IMG/VR virus record: IMGVR_UViG_3300020049_014895 | Location: 10,482 to 74,481 of that record | Origin: a virus | Lineage: Duplodnaviria; Caudoviricetes | Direction: 5' to 3' (one strand) | Length of the DNA: 64,000 bases | Part shown: in pieces, positions 8,482 through 20,700 of the stretch | Layout of the letters: each line of letters opens with the position of its first letter | How positions within the stretch are numbered: the first letter of the stretch is position 1 | Position numbers and translations under genes: made by a program | The notes under the pieces: model-generated | Database searches by the model: none | What the model was told of the DNA's origin: nothing | What the model saw: only the letters and a program-made list of their open reading frames with translations

Positions 8482-9650
8482 ACAAAGTTTAATTGACCAC
8501 TTACTGCACTAGATACAGGCGTTGCCACACCACTACCCCATCCAAAATACAAAGCCGCACCATCATAAATTCTTGGTAACGAAGGATACTCAAATAAAAG
8601 ATTTCTTTCACTTGCTAAACCTAAAGTACTGATAGGAAATCTTGTTATTTCTTTGATTAAAGCTACAGTGTATGTTCCTGAAACATAAGATGTAGAATTC
8701 TGAATAGTGTTTATCTCTGCAATACCAGCATCTCCTGCTTGTAAAGGCATTGTGTAATTATATTTACCAGTACCTGTAGCACCAGTGTAAATAATTTGAC
8801 TATTAGGACAAGCAGTTTTACCAATAGGTAATACTGTTGGTGTAGCACGAGATGCAACTTGTGCAGAATTAGTATATCCTAAACTCATATTTGGAGTAGC
8901 AGCTCCCAATGGAGTAGCTGAAGGATTGAAAATAATTGCCATCACACCTGCACCATTTGTATAACGTGGCAATAACCAGTTTAATGTATGAGTACCAGTT
9001 CCTGTAGTTGTAATATCTATTTGTGTACCAGCGATAGCATTTGCATAAGATGTTGCTAATTTATAAGTATTATTATCAACTCTGATTAAATAATAATCTG
9101 TAGCTGCTACTAGTGGAGCAGGTAATGTAGTTGTTGTACTCACTCTAACTCTTGTACCCGTAAGTAAATTACTAGGCAAAGATGTTACAGAAGTATATGT
9201 CATAATATCTGTTGTATCATCTGCAGTGAAAGTAGCCGTTCTTGTAGATATAGTATTTGTTGTTGCTTGTGCTGTAGTTGTAGTAACAGTTGTTACTCTA
9301 TAATAGCCAATTATATCCCAAAGAACTAATGTTCCTGGTGCCATTGTAGCAGCAGCAGTAACAGCATGTCCACTTAATAGATACTTGTTGTATCCACTAG
9401 CTTGAACATCACCACCATGTTGAAGTGTTCCTGCAGAAGCAGTATCGTCTTCTACTGGTATAAATGTTAAATTGGCTCCAGTATCAAACAAAGCATCTGC
9501 TCCTGGATTACCTGCACCTCTAGCTAAAGAGTGCCATTCATTTGCAACACAAACAGTTGTTGGTTGCATATTTTTACCAAATGGAGCATTCCATGTTTGC
9601 CCAGCACTTAATGCTGCAATTATTTGGTCATTACTTGAAAATCCTGCCAT
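8472..9650 (-). CDS. Putative virion accessory protein, paralogue of 9825-10727
   Basis: Begins MAGF; shares LPRYT(N/D)G.GV and PLQ.GD.G with its neighbour. Confidence 0.7.
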   Translation of the reverse strand: MAGFSSNDQIIAALSAGQTWNAPFGKNMQPTTVCVANEWHSLARGAGNPGADALFDTGANLTFIPVEDDTASAGTLQHGGDVQASGYNKYLLSGHAVTAAATMAPGTLVLWDIIGYYRVTTVTTTTAQATTNTISTRTATFTADDTTDIMTYTSVTSLPSNLLTGTRVRVSTTTTLPAPLVAATDYYLIRVDNNTYKLATSYANAIAGTQIDITTTGTGTHTLNWLLPRYTNGAGVMAIIFNPSATPLGAATPNMSLGYTNSAQVASRATPTVLPIGKTACPNSQIIYTGATGTGKYNYTMPLQAGDAGIAEINTIQNSTSYVSGTYTVALIKEITRFPISTLGLASERNLLFEYPSLPRIYDGAALYFGWGSGVATPVSSAVSGQLNFVWG

Positions 9651-9651
9651 T

Positions 9652-9834
9652 TTATTCTGATATTAATGTTATTGTTTTTAATTCTTTTAATGAATCAATG
9701 TTATATTCTTTAGCATATTCATCATTTTTTATAGCATCCAATTTCAATGGATAACCTTCTGTATCTATTAAAACTATAGAATTTTTATCTTTAGTTTTTA
9801 AAATTTCAATTAATTCCTTTACTATCATGTCCAT
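9652..9834 (-). CDS. Small hypothetical protein
   Basis: Fills the gap between the two MAGF paralogues. Confidence 0.5.
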   Translation of the reverse strand: MDMIVKELIEILKTKDKNSIVLIDTEGYPLKLDAIKNDEYAKEYNIDSLKELKTITLISE

Positions 9835-10727
9835 ATTACTTTTAAATCTCCTCTTAATAAAGCTGTTGTTGAGAAGAATGATGTTTGTGGTAAAACTATA
9901 AAATTTAAAAATGCATCATCATAAATTCTAGTTAACTCACTACTATATATTAAAAAATCTTTTTCATTTGGTGTAGCAATTGTACCTGCCGTTGACACTC
10001 CTGATTCAGCAAAACATGTTTGTGCAATTGGTTTTACAAGAATTAATGTAAATAATCCAGTATCAACACCATTCATTGTACAAGATTCAATTAATTGAAC
10101 ACCGCTATCTCCATCTTGTAGAGGAATCATCCAACCAGCACTACCAGCTACAGCTCTATCACTATTGGTTATTGAACCAATAACAGTGGATGTATTTTGT
10201 TTACATGTTTTACTCACTCTTCCTGAAACTCCATCTGAGTTAGTATATTTTACAGTGAATGTTTGTCCACCAGTTCTAGCACCAGTTGTAACAGCCATTA
10301 TTTGTACACCTTTACCATCTGTATATCTTGGTAATGTAACACTATTTGTCATTATTTGCTCATCTGTTGTACCATCATCAATAGAAGGATAGTATAACAA
10401 ATAATCCAATAAAACAGCATTCATTGGTGCTAAAGATGTTACATTAGCACTTTGTGCTTGACAAGTTATCTTTCTTAGAAATTTTTCACTAGGAGAAACA
10501 TTTGAACCATGAAAAATACCTCCATCTGTAGATTGGTAAATAGCTTTAGCCACTAACGGTGCTGCATCAAACCAATATTTAGGTGTTGGCATACCTGGGC
10601 TCATTGATAAATCAAACCATATACCTATGGTGGTTCCTTGAACAGGAGTTTTACGCCAGATATAATCTCTGACTTTACCATCCAATTCTGCATTAACTAA
10701 TTCTCCTATGGTTTTAAATCCTGCCAT
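9825..10727 (-). CDS. Putative virion accessory protein, paralogue of 8472-9650
   Basis: MAGF start and shared LPRYTDGKGV / IPLQDGDSGV motifs. Confidence 0.7.
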   Translation of the reverse strand: MAGFKTIGELVNAELDGKVRDYIWRKTPVQGTTIGIWFDLSMSPGMPTPKYWFDAAPLVAKAIYQSTDGGIFHGSNVSPSEKFLRKITCQAQSANVTSLAPMNAVLLDYLLYYPSIDDGTTDEQIMTNSVTLPRYTDGKGVQIMAVTTGARTGGQTFTVKYTNSDGVSGRVSKTCKQNTSTVIGSITNSDRAVAGSAGWMIPLQDGDSGVQLIESCTMNGVDTGLFTLILVKPIAQTCFAESGVSTAGTIATPNEKDFLIYSSELTRIYDDAFLNFIVLPQTSFFSTTALLRGDLKVIWT

Positions 10728-10945
10728 TAGTTACTAAACTGACTTCTACCATAAGCATGTCCATCTAAGTCACATGTTATAGGAGCTTTTTTAATTATAT
10801 AAAACTTAATACCAAAAAAAGACTGCAATTTTTCAATCCATCCTGATGGTTTACGTTCAACTTGAACTAAACAATTACATTTTCTAATTGGTTCAGGTAA
10901 ATCTTTTACAAGAACTCCTAAACCACATTTACTACATTTATACAT
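10727..10945 (-). CDS. Small Cys-containing hypothetical protein
   Basis: CSKC...CNC motifs; has its own upstream TAACTTTG promoter-like box. Confidence 0.6.
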   Translation of the reverse strand: MYKCSKCGLGVLVKDLPEPIRKCNCLVQVERKPSGWIEKLQSFFGIKFYIIKKAPITCDLDGHAYGRSQFSN

Positions 10946-11027
10946 ATTTTAACTGTTTTAATATTAATTTACAAAGTTACAAAATAAAATCTATATTTGC
11001 AACTTATTTTAGTAATATTTTAGATTA

Positions 11028-11471
11028 TTAATCTTCAGTTACAGTTAAAGCGGAAGCAGCAAATTGTGGTTGAATACCAGAAGATACTGAACGAGAAGCA
11101 GTTAGAGCACCAGAGTAAAGAATTACTCCTGCTGTTGGATAAGCTGAAGTTCCAATACTTACATAAGTAATTGTTTCAGAACCACCTGTACACTCCGGAA
11201 ATTGTGCTAAAGCAGCATTAGTTGCAGAGTTTGTCACTACAGTCCACCCACCAACAGTTCTTGCTACAGCAACTCTATCATAAGAGGTATAAGCGCATTC
11301 ATTAGTTGTTTGGTCTCCCGCTTCACCAGGATCTGCTGTGTGTAAAGCGAGATAAAGGTTTCCTGCTACAGTAGAATTTTGAATACCACCGGCATCGCCA
11401 ATATTTGGAATATCAACATTGTTGAAAATTAACTGCAAATATTGGTTCTCAAATGTATTACTTTTTGACAT
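11028..11471 (-). CDS. Conserved phage tail-fibre-associated structural protein
   Basis: LYLALHTADPGEAG...YDRVAVAR...FPECTGGSETITY, a widespread small virion protein pattern. Confidence 0.7.
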   Translation of the reverse strand: MSKSNTFENQYLQLIFNNVDIPNIGDAGGIQNSTVAGNLYLALHTADPGEAGDQTTNECAYTSYDRVAVARTVGGWTVVTNSATNAALAQFPECTGGSETITYVSIGTSAYPTAGVILYSGALTASRSVSSGIQPQFAASALTVTED

Positions 11472-11486
11472 GTTATTTAGTTTTAA

Positions 11487-11714
11487 TTATAAATATGTGT
11501 ATGACGCTCTGTCGTCCCAAACTTTTGTAAACGAAGGATCGCTGTCTGCATATAAAACAACCAATCCGCTTGTTGAATCTAATCTCTTTATTTGCCAATA
11601 TGGATCGCTAGTTAAACTGCCAGGAGAGGCATACCCAACGTATGTTATCGTTGCACTTGCCTCGTCCAGTTCAATCGAATTAAACGACTCTACAGATGTA
11701 AACCCTTGACTCAT
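11487..11714 (-). CDS. Small conserved virion-associated protein
   Basis: TYVGYASPGS...WQIKRL...VWDDRASYTY pattern. Confidence 0.65.
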   Translation of the reverse strand: MSQGFTSVESFNSIELDEASATITYVGYASPGSLTSDPYWQIKRLDSTSGLVVLYADSDPSFTKVWDDRASYTYL

Positions 11715-12043
11715 TATGTTATTTCTACTCCAAAAATATTTATACTTACACCATTGCCACTTGCGTATCCACGAACAACATCTGCCGGACCCAGAGTTAT
11801 TCCTGTAGTAAATGTAAAAGTTGCATTCCTAGATAAAAGAACATCATAATACAAATACTGTTTTGGCGTATCAGCTAACCCTCCCACAGCAACAGAAACC
11901 CTAAAAGTCCTATTTGAGCCAGAAGCATTACAAACAAATACCGTGCTTCCAACAACTTGTGTCGAAGCCGGCACAATATAACAATCAGTTAACGTTGTAG
12001 CTGGCAATGCCGTTTGAGAAAGAACTTTTCTTGTTTCTGCCAT
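11714..12043 (-). CDS. Small beta-rich virion-associated protein
   Basis: KVLSQ..PATTLTD.Y.VP...LYYDV...GITL...D.V...S.NIFG.EI pattern. Confidence 0.65.
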   Translation of the reverse strand: MAETRKVLSQTALPATTLTDCYIVPASTQVVGSTVFVCNASGSNRTFRVSVAVGGLADTPKQYLYYDVLLSRNATFTFTTGITLGPADVVRGYASGNGVSINIFGVEIT

Positions 12044-12456
12044 TACATACCTCCTAACATTAAAATTGGAGCATATTGTGTTTCTACCGCAGGAACTGAT
12101 ATCGGAACGTTTACAGCACTAATAACCCTTCCATCTTCTCCTAATTCAATCTGAGGGACATTCGATGCATCACCATACGTTCCGGCAACAACACCCGTAT
12201 CTTTTAATTCAGTTGATATTTCCGGAACAGATGGATTGTATGTAGTCGTATTAGAATCCGTAGAAACCAAAATCTCACCTACAGCATTTTGTGCTAAAAT
12301 GGCGAAATTGTTCGTTATAAAATCAAGTGTGCCCTGCCCATTACCACGATACAATGTTCCTTTTTCTGGTCCAGTCTGTTGAACATAATCTCTACCCTTA
12401 ATCGCTTTTTTTGTAGCAACTAAATTTTTAAGATATGATTCAGAATAGACTGCCAT
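12043..12456 (-). CDS. Tail-fibre-like small protein
   Basis: TGVVAGTYGDASNVPQIELGEDGRVISA fibre-type repeat. Confidence 0.6.
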   Translation of the reverse strand: MAVYSESYLKNLVATKKAIKGRDYVQQTGPEKGTLYRGNGQGTLDFITNNFAILAQNAVGEILVSTDSNTTTYNPSVPEISTELKDTGVVAGTYGDASNVPQIELGEDGRVISAVNVPISVPAVETQYAPILMLGGM

Positions 12457-14246
12457 TAGAAAGTGTTTCCGTTTGCTTGATAAATGAATCCATCGGCACG
12501 CTTCACAAACTCAATTGTATCGCCATTGGAACCATTAATTACTTTGTTTGTTGCTCCATTACATCGAGGCTGATTCGCTCCAGTGCCATGCACAAAAGTT
12601 ACAGTTAATCCAACTTCCGGATTAAATCTTACCGGAACACCTTCAACGAAATTTGCAAACAAGTTAATTGACTCAGTTGCATTTGTGGAAGACAATCCCA
12701 TTATCCCAACATAATCCTTAAACACTCCAAGGTCTATCGTTGTTAATCCTGTTATTGTAATTGACTCTACAAAATTTGAAGCCATTTTAGCTTGATAAAT
12801 ACCTGATGTCGGATCAGTAGTAGTATTTGTAAAATCCATACTTCTGTCTGTGTCTATAACACAACCAGAGCACTCGGATGCAGCATCATCAATTGTTACG
12901 GTAGCCGAACTGCCGTAAGCAGACGTTGCGACAAAGTTTATTGTATTGTGATTACACTTATGGGTTCCAGTGCCAAGTGTATAGGTTGCAGCAAAAGTGA
13001 TTCCCCTGCCTACATAATTGCCATGAAATTCAACCGAAGTAGTATTTAAGTTGCTAATTGTTCCAATGGCAATATTATGAGCGCATGTATCATTTCCCCA
13101 CTGAAAAAAATCAATTGAAAATCCATCTATTTCATTGTTTCTTTTATCAAAGCGTTTTTTCACAACATCATTGATAAAGTCATATAAAATAAAATCTGCC
13201 TCAAGAATGTATCCTACGTTAGCTGTTGCTTTTGGCAAAACAGTATATCCATTTGTGCCATCTGGAGGAGTTCCAGTAAACAACCCTGAATCGGTTACTT
13301 GCCAATGCAATCCACCTTGAAAAACTACATCTCCATTTGCAAATGGGAATCCAGCTTCGTCAGTAGCATTCCAAACAATATTTGCGCCATCAACATAGGC
13401 TTGTCCGGTAAGACCCAAAACACCACTATAATTCCCGTTAAACTGAAAATCAGGAACAAGATATAGTCCAGTGGCACTTAATGATAATCGCGAAGCTGTA
13501 ACAGCCTCTACAATAATGCCATCGTCAGCCTTATCAGTAATTTTATAAAAACCGGGAGTCATTGTTCCTGCATTATACAATGTCAGCAAGTCTGCATAAG
13601 TAATATCAACAATTCCACCACCACTACCCCCAAACCCAACCCAACTAGCGCCATCATAATAATTATGAACGCCTAAATCTGTATCAAAAACAGTTAATCC
13701 AGTTGCCGGTGTCGCTATTGCATTTTTCTGCGCAGTAGTCATTGACGGGAATTTAAAACCCTTTGTCGTTGACTGAAAGTCTCCAATTGCAGATGCATGC
13801 GGAATACTTCCGCCCATCACAAATTCTCCTGTAGCCCTCACAGACCCTCTTGTTAAATTATTTGTTACAAATCGTAAATGCTTGTTGTTTCTTGCACCAA
13901 CAAGAACATCTGTCCCTAAAGAATTCCCCCCCTGAAGCAATGCCGTTCCAGTGTAAACAACCCATGTTGAACCATTAAATCGATAAGTAGAAAGTGTTGC
14001 CGTAACAAAGATAATATCATCAGTTGCCGGAACCGTATAAACCCAAGCCCCTCCATCCCATTCAGCAACCTCAGTAGCATGACCAACCCATGCTCCAGAC
14101 GGAGCCGAATTAATCAAATATCTATCTCCTAAAGTTGGCCCTCCAGGAGGCGGATTTATATAAGAAATTACCGGGTCCAATTCGTTATAAACGATAGGAA
14201 TAGACCCCGTTCCTAAGTTTGCGCCAAAACCTGACCCTGCACCCAT
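12456..14246 (-). CDS. Tail fibre / receptor-binding protein with N-terminal DUF2793-like domain
   Basis: PPGGPTLGDRYLI..APSGAWVGH..EVAEW.GGAW motif, MTTAQKNAIATPATGL repeat and beta-helix-like C-terminus. Confidence 0.7.
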   Translation of the reverse strand: MGAGSGFGANLGTGSIPIVYNELDPVISYINPPPGGPTLGDRYLINSAPSGAWVGHATEVAEWDGGAWVYTVPATDDIIFVTATLSTYRFNGSTWVVYTGTALLQGGNSLGTDVLVGARNNKHLRFVTNNLTRGSVRATGEFVMGGSIPHASAIGDFQSTTKGFKFPSMTTAQKNAIATPATGLTVFDTDLGVHNYYDGASWVGFGGSGGGIVDITYADLLTLYNAGTMTPGFYKITDKADDGIIVEAVTASRLSLSATGLYLVPDFQFNGNYSGVLGLTGQAYVDGANIVWNATDEAGFPFANGDVVFQGGLHWQVTDSGLFTGTPPDGTNGYTVLPKATANVGYILEADFILYDFINDVVKKRFDKRNNEIDGFSIDFFQWGNDTCAHNIAIGTISNLNTTSVEFHGNYVGRGITFAATYTLGTGTHKCNHNTINFVATSAYGSSATVTIDDAASECSGCVIDTDRSMDFTNTTTDPTSGIYQAKMASNFVESITITGLTTIDLGVFKDYVGIMGLSSTNATESINLFANFVEGVPVRFNPEVGLTVTFVHGTGANQPRCNGATNKVINGSNGDTIEFVKRADGFIYQANGNTF

Positions 14247-14254
14247 TTTATATG

Positions 14255-14731
14255 TTATTTAGAGATTAATATCATCATTGTTGTTTCAGTAGCATCCACT
14301 ATTAATGGATCAATAAAATCACGAGTAGAAGATGTGCTTCTGCTATCTTTTGAAAATGTAATCGATTGTCCAACAGGAAATGTCACCCCATCGATTTCAC
14401 CATTCGCTCCACCGGTAGGGATAGATAAAGAAATTGTTACAATATTTAAGTCAGAAGCTAAAATAACATCCGGAGCGGCTGAAGCCAAATCAACAGTAAA
14501 CGCCTGCTGCAAAACAGCGCTTGTATCGCTGTCAACACGAATAACTTTTCGAATCTCATTAGCAGACAAATCCACCAACCAAGACCCCGCAGGCATTTGA
14601 GACAAGAACGATGTTCCGGTTCCTGTTACAATTGTCCCTTCTGTAATACAAGTTCCTGTTTTAGCTCCACTCAAAGGAACGGTGCGCTTTGTTGTTGTAT
14701 ATTCGTAAATACTATTTTTGAAGTTTGCCAT
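14255..14731 (-). CDS. Putative tail-associated structural protein
   Basis: First gene after a motif-bearing late promoter; GT.VTGTGTSF fibre-like motif. Confidence 0.6.
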   Translation of the reverse strand: MANFKNSIYEYTTTKRTVPLSGAKTGTCITEGTIVTGTGTSFLSQMPAGSWLVDLSANEIRKVIRVDSDTSAVLQQAFTVDLASAAPDVILASDLNIVTISLSIPTGGANGEIDGVTFPVGQSITFSKDSRSTSSTRDFIDPLIVDATETTMMILISK

Positions 14732-14747
14732 GGCTTTGAATTTTTCC

Positions 14748-14785
14748 CAAATATAATCACTAATTTAGAATGATTATAAATTAGA
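14748..14785 (-). promoter_or_regulatory. Late promoter, copy 1: 23-bp operator + 7 nt + TATATTTG
   Basis: ATTTAGAATGATTATAAATTAGA at 14763-14785; -7 box (CAAATATA on plus) at 14748-14755. Confidence 0.85.
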
Positions 14786-14786
14786 A

Positions 14787-17700
14787 TTACTTTTTAGGAA
14801 CAAGCTCCGGATGCTCAAAAATTAATTGCTTTTTAGCATTATACGCTCCACTCTCATAAAGCTTCTTCAGCTTATCGATTTTATCTTCCACCGAATCTGT
14901 TTTCCACTCAGGAGATAATGTATATTTCTCGACTAAATTAGCACGATTTTTCCCTACATACTTTTGGTATGTTTCATACATCTTCGGATCTAAATTTACT
15001 CGCTCCTTCTTAATGCTAATATAATTTCTAGGAATATTAGGGAGCACATCTCGCTTCATCTTTTCGTCTTCAGCATCATTCCATAATTCATAAATCTTAT
15101 AGTTGTATGAATCGGTGTCAACCTTTTTGCCCTTAGTTACATCAAGTAAATACCATAAATACTTATTATCACCGGCAGGTGCACCTTTAATAGATTCGCC
15201 CCACAAGTTAACCTTTGTAGGCAACTCCTTGCCCATGAACATCTTTGTCTTGAATGTATTGACAAGCTCATCGGAAAATGACTCAGCCTTCGTTACACGA
15301 GAGGTATCATCCTGAGCCTTACTTATATTTGCAAGTGTATTCGGATATACAATAGCACCAAGGGCACCTAAGGTGTTTACTGCCCATTTTCTTTTGGTTC
15401 TTTCATCACCAGTAACAGCTTCAATAAATGTATTTGCACCTTGTAAGAAAGATTGCTCAATAGCAGATTGACCCGAATAAGCAGCGCGATTAAACAAATC
15501 CTGCATCCACCCTATGCTTTCACCCTTCAGTGGCTTCTGGTTAGCGTAAAGCGAGATAAACATCCCGACAACACCCATATTTTTATAATCTACCCAAACA
15601 TCATTATCCTTCACCGTTGGACTTCCACCGGATAACATCCGCTGTAATCCAGAAATATTTAGTGAGTTTGGCGGAACGTTTTGATACTGAATAGCAGTTC
15701 CCTCAATATCTTTTCTATCGGCACTTGGAGTAACAAGTCCATTTTGAACCAATTGTTGCGCACCATAACGAATGCCAAAACCGGTAACTGCTTTCCCAAG
15801 ATATTCTAAAGAAGCCTTTCTATTACCTTGAGTTGCTTCATATAATCCGCGAGCAGATGCATACTCAGGAAACGCATATAACATCGTTTCTCCAAGCAAA
15901 TTTAATGGTGTTTTAACGTATGGAATCTGAGACTTAAACACAACCTTGGCAACATCACCAATGTAAGGGATGCTTGATAATTGCTCTTCCATCCATCGTA
16001 CTCCTTGCTGAGCACCCTTAACCACCCCTTCAGATTGCTGATATACAGCTTTCTCAGAACGAAGCTTTATCTCCTCGGCACTCTTAGCGTCTGGGAACAA
16101 AACAAACTTGTCAAGTTCTTTTCCTTCCAATCCTTTTAGTTTCCCAATTTCATAAGCTGTACCATACTCGGCAGCTTTACGAAATGGTTTATCACCAAGA
16201 TTTAACAATCGGAACATCGTTTCAGCAGGAACTCCAAAAGTCCCCTCCACAAAGTTGTTTATTTGCTGATACGCCTTTATCTTTTTTTCACCGGTTAATC
16301 CATGATAGAAATCTACCATTGACTTTAACGGTTGTAATTGCTGAGATAAATCACGTTCGATCATCTCCTCCGGATTAATACCGCGAATCAATTCTTTTAA
16401 TGACGTTTTAAGCCCCGGCATCACACCTTTAGTTTCGCCTTTCCAGTACGCCAATGCATCAATAGTTCTGCCTTCCTTAATGAGTTTATCCATCAAAGGA
16501 AGCATTTGAGCTTTAGCCATAACAAAATCTGCCATCGATGCAATCCCTCTGGATGCAAATCTCAATGGCTGTATCAAACTATTCGAATAAACGTTCTTTA
16601 CCAATGAAAGCGGACCAAGTAAATTCCCTTGCAAGATTGTAGCAAGCGTGTTGCCCAACTTCTTTTCATTCTTAAAGTAATCGGATAACTCAGCATTTGC
16701 CTTTTGTCCCTCAAACACATCATTCATCCACTCCTTTTGCTTTGCCTTTATTTCTGACTCAGGAGCATTTGAATCAAATAAATCCTGAAGTTCTTTTGCG
16801 GTAATATCCGACTTGTTTATCTTTTCAATGAGAGCGCGAACATTTGCCTCTCCCATGGTATCAATTCCTGGAAGACCAAGCTCCTGAGCGTACATCTCTT
16901 TAAATCGCTCGTTACTCAATCCTCCTAAATTCATAATTTCATCAAGAGCATTCCCCAAAAGTTTCTTTCTGCTTTCCGGAGAAAGTTTTCCAAGTTTCTT
17001 TTCAAGTTTATCCAAAAATTGTTTCTTCACCTCCGGAGGCATCGCATCAAATACTCCCTTTTTAGAGAAATCGGATAACGTTCTTTGTTGTGGATCATAC
17101 TCCTTTGGCACTTTTGCCTTTTTCCACAAATCTTCCAATTGGCCTTCGGTGAAATCAGGATTTTCCTTTTTCATCTTGTTGGCCCATTGCTTAAATCGGT
17201 AGGCTCCCTCTACAAGATAAATTACTCCCATCTCACTATAAATCTCAATCTGCTTACTATTCAATCCGATGATGGAAGCCGATGCCGTTCCTTTTGCTTT
17301 TTTAGCCTCGGCACGTAATTCTTCCAATCGCTTGTCGCGGACCTTCTTGCTATTGAAGATGTTTTCTTTTTTAGGTGCACGCTTGTTAAGTTTTTCCAAC
17401 TCGGCAGCAACCTTTTCCCCAACTACTCGAGCAAAATCTTCCGACTTAACAAACTCATCAATTATTTCTTTTGCGGAAGCAATGTCCTGTTTGTGTCCTT
17501 TTAATGCACTTTCATTTCGCTCCGAAATAGTTTTCTTAATCGCTGAGATGGCTCCTTCAGGAGTTTTTTCAAGCAATCGTTTCCATGCTTTTCCGGCATT
17601 AATTTCTTGCCCGGCCTTACGGAAGTTGTCGGCAGTAAACATGGCAACATCAACGGCTTTATCTTGCCATTTCTTTTGCTCTGCTAATGTCTCAGCAGAT

Positions 17701-20700
17701 TTAGCTTTTTCAGATAACACCTCAAATAATTCCTTACCAATCATAGCACGATTTAACCCTTCCATGCCATTACTTGTGTTGGTAATGTTTGAAATAGCCT
17801 TATCAAGCTCTCCCGCCTCTTCAAACGCTTTAACGTATGCCTTGGCATCTGATTGCGTAACCTCTAAATTCTTAGGGATATATTCAACTCCTTTTTCTTT
17901 TAAGCCAGCCTTAATCTCCTTACTTACTTCAGGTGACTCAAGAATGCGCTCAGCAAGCTTCATTGTCTTACCTGGAGGATTTACCTCTACCTCAGATACT
18001 TTTGTTTCAACAGGAGGAGGTGTTACTTCGCCTTTTCCTTCTCCGCTTTTAGTTTCAGGAATAATGACCTCTTCTCCCGATACGATAGGTTCGGTGATTT
18101 CGCCTCTGTCGATGGCATCGAGGAAGGCTTTACTTGCTTGTTCAATTGATTCATATTGTCCATTTATTAGTTCATAGTCTGCTTTTGGCATTGTCGCTTT
18201 ATCATAAGCTTTCAATACACGATCATTTAATGTTAATCCAGTAACAGCCTTAAATCTGTCTCTCAAAGATACTACTAACGGATTTTTTAACGTTTTAGTA
18301 TAATCACTTACTCCATTCGGATGTCTGTCTATAAAAGAAACAATATCATCCGGAGTAATATCAAGTCCAGTGTCCTCCGAAATACGTTGTGCCAAGGTAT
18401 CAATAGTTTCTCCTTTTGACTCACTGAAGTAAGCCTTTGCCTTGTTCATTTGAACGTTATTCTTATCCCCGAAATTGTTGTATCCGCCTTTACCTTTTTG
18501 CTTCACCTTACCGATGTTCTCAGAAATAGCATTGTCTACCGCATCACCTTTTTCAAAAGGCATATCCGACATCAATCTTTCATGAGCATCAATAATCTCT
18601 GCCGGGTTTTCGCTCTTCTCGGAAACTAATTTATCAGCCTCCGATTCTAAAACATCCCCTTCTTTTAATCCTTCAAAGGCACTCTTACCTTTCTTATAGT
18701 CAAACTTTTCTTCGTAATCCTTAATGATTTTTAAGCGAGTGTTTGGCGATGGCTCCTTTCCGGTCTTATCCAAAATAACCAATTCGTTACCATCTTGCTT
18801 AATGGTATATTCATTTTTAGATGTCTTATAGGTATTATCTTGCACATCGGTAAACGCTTCCGCCATGTCACCCTCTTCAGAGGTATACATCGCCTGAGAA
18901 TCTTTTTCAAGTTCTACAGCATTGTCATATTTCTTAGCCAAGCTTTCACGAGCCAATTGCTCCTCCGGACTTCCTTTTACAATTTCTTCCGCATCAATGG
19001 CTTCTTGAATCTTAAACTCAATTACTTTCTGCTTTTCAGCTTCAGCGAGTCTTTCGCCTTCCGCTTTACTCTCTTGGGCAAGGTTAGTCCCTTCGACTCC
19101 TTGTTCCAATGCTCCACGTTCACCCCCTGCGATTCCAGTTTCTCCCGGTTCGCGTTGAAGAACTTCCGTTGTTGTTGGCTTTTGTATGGCATCTCTTTGT
19201 TGCTTTAAATTATCAATAGTATTTTGAATGGAAGCTTTCACCGATTCAGGTTGCCCTTCCAACGATGCCTCCGCTTGTGTTATTTTATCCGTTAATTCGA
19301 AGTATTGAGCCTCTGCATTAGCATCCATCAATTGAGTATCCACCTCGGCTTGTTCAACAGCAGAAATCTCATTCTGAGTTCTTTTTATGTCCTCAAAAAT
19401 TCCATCTTGAACTTCAGGAGGTAATGTTTCAAAACTTGGATCCGTTGTCTTTTGTTGAAGCTCCGCTAAGCGAGTTTGTAACTCATCATTCTTAACCGGT
19501 AACGATTCCAATTTCTGACCCGCTGCAGATTTTATATCCTCAGCAGTCAAATCCTTTATGCCTTCGTTTATGTCACGAAAATCTTTTATATCTTGCTCAG
19601 AAGCTTTTTCATTGGTAATCCTTTCGGTTAAGTCCTTCAGGTCCTTCATTGAGGTTATTCTCTCCGAAACACCCGTTCCGACTTTGTGCCCCAAAATAGG
19701 AACCGCCAAGTCGCCAATCTCCATTAAATTGTCAAGCCACTTTCTTCCATCCTTACCTCTTTCGTAACCGGAAGCTTCGGCAATAGTAGTAACAAGAGCA
19801 AATGGAGCATCGATAGTTTTGTCGAAAATTTCTGCTTTCTTTTCTTTTGGTAACGCATTAAATTGAGCCATTGAGCCTTCAGGCAACAACGAACTTGCGA
19901 TATCTGTTTTGTATTCGTTCGGGATTTTATGCAACGCTGTTGTCCCTACACCAAAAGCAGCCATCGCAGGAACAGTTAAGTTTGCAACACCAAAGCCTGC
20001 ATGCAACCCACCTTTTACAGCCTCAGTTGCCCCCTCGATTTGCTCACCAATAGTTCTATCCTTTGTCATTTGACCGGTCTGGCTAAACAACTCTTCATCG
20101 GGAATTAAATTCATAGATTGCATCCCCTTTTTTATTCCGGCCAATCCTTCCTCAATTCCTTTTGAGCTGTTTTCAATGTGAGTCCATAAAATATCTTGAA
20201 CAATATTTCCTTTGCCACCGGTTAAATTACTTTCCGGCCATACCACCTTTACATTTTCAGGAATAGTTCCACCTTTTGATGTAATGTGCTCAGCCTCTTG
20301 TGGTGTAAGAACCTCTTCTTGAGGTTCCGTTTTTGTCATTGCTTGACGCATAGACATCTCCGTTTCATCCGGAGGATTTACTTGGTCCGCAACAGCATAT
20401 AATTCATCTTGGTCGTAACCCTTTTTAGCAAGAGCTTCGACTAATAATCTTTTGTATCGTGGTGATTGATTTCCCTTTAAGGATTCAGCTAAGCCATTAT
20501 GGATAACATTATTTTTATCAATGCCTAATGCCTTAGTGTTTTCACGCTTAATCTTTCCAATAGAAGGGGGAGCGTATGCCGATGGACTTGCCGTTGATGC
20601 GGAAGTACCATCTTCCGATTTCAATGGTAATAGTGGATTTTTTTTTTGCAACCTCATCTACTTGGGTTGCATCTGCAGGAGGTGTCCATCCCGTATTTTC

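Noticed and set aside
11028-14731. Invertible tail-fibre shufflon or diversity-generating retroelement
   Set aside because: No inverted crossover repeats around the fibre genes, no reverse transcriptase, and no template/variable repeat pair seen in the window.
17269-18177. 302-aa plus-strand ORF (and similar antisense ORFs such as 60046-60786 and 48814-49365)
   Set aside because: Shadow ORFs opposite well-supported genes, with Ser/Phe/Leu-rich low-information composition.
14787-20657. Giant protein as a crAss-type virion RNA polymerase
   Set aside because: No DxDxD catalytic motif or recognisable double-psi-barrel signature seen; composition fits a helical ejection protein.
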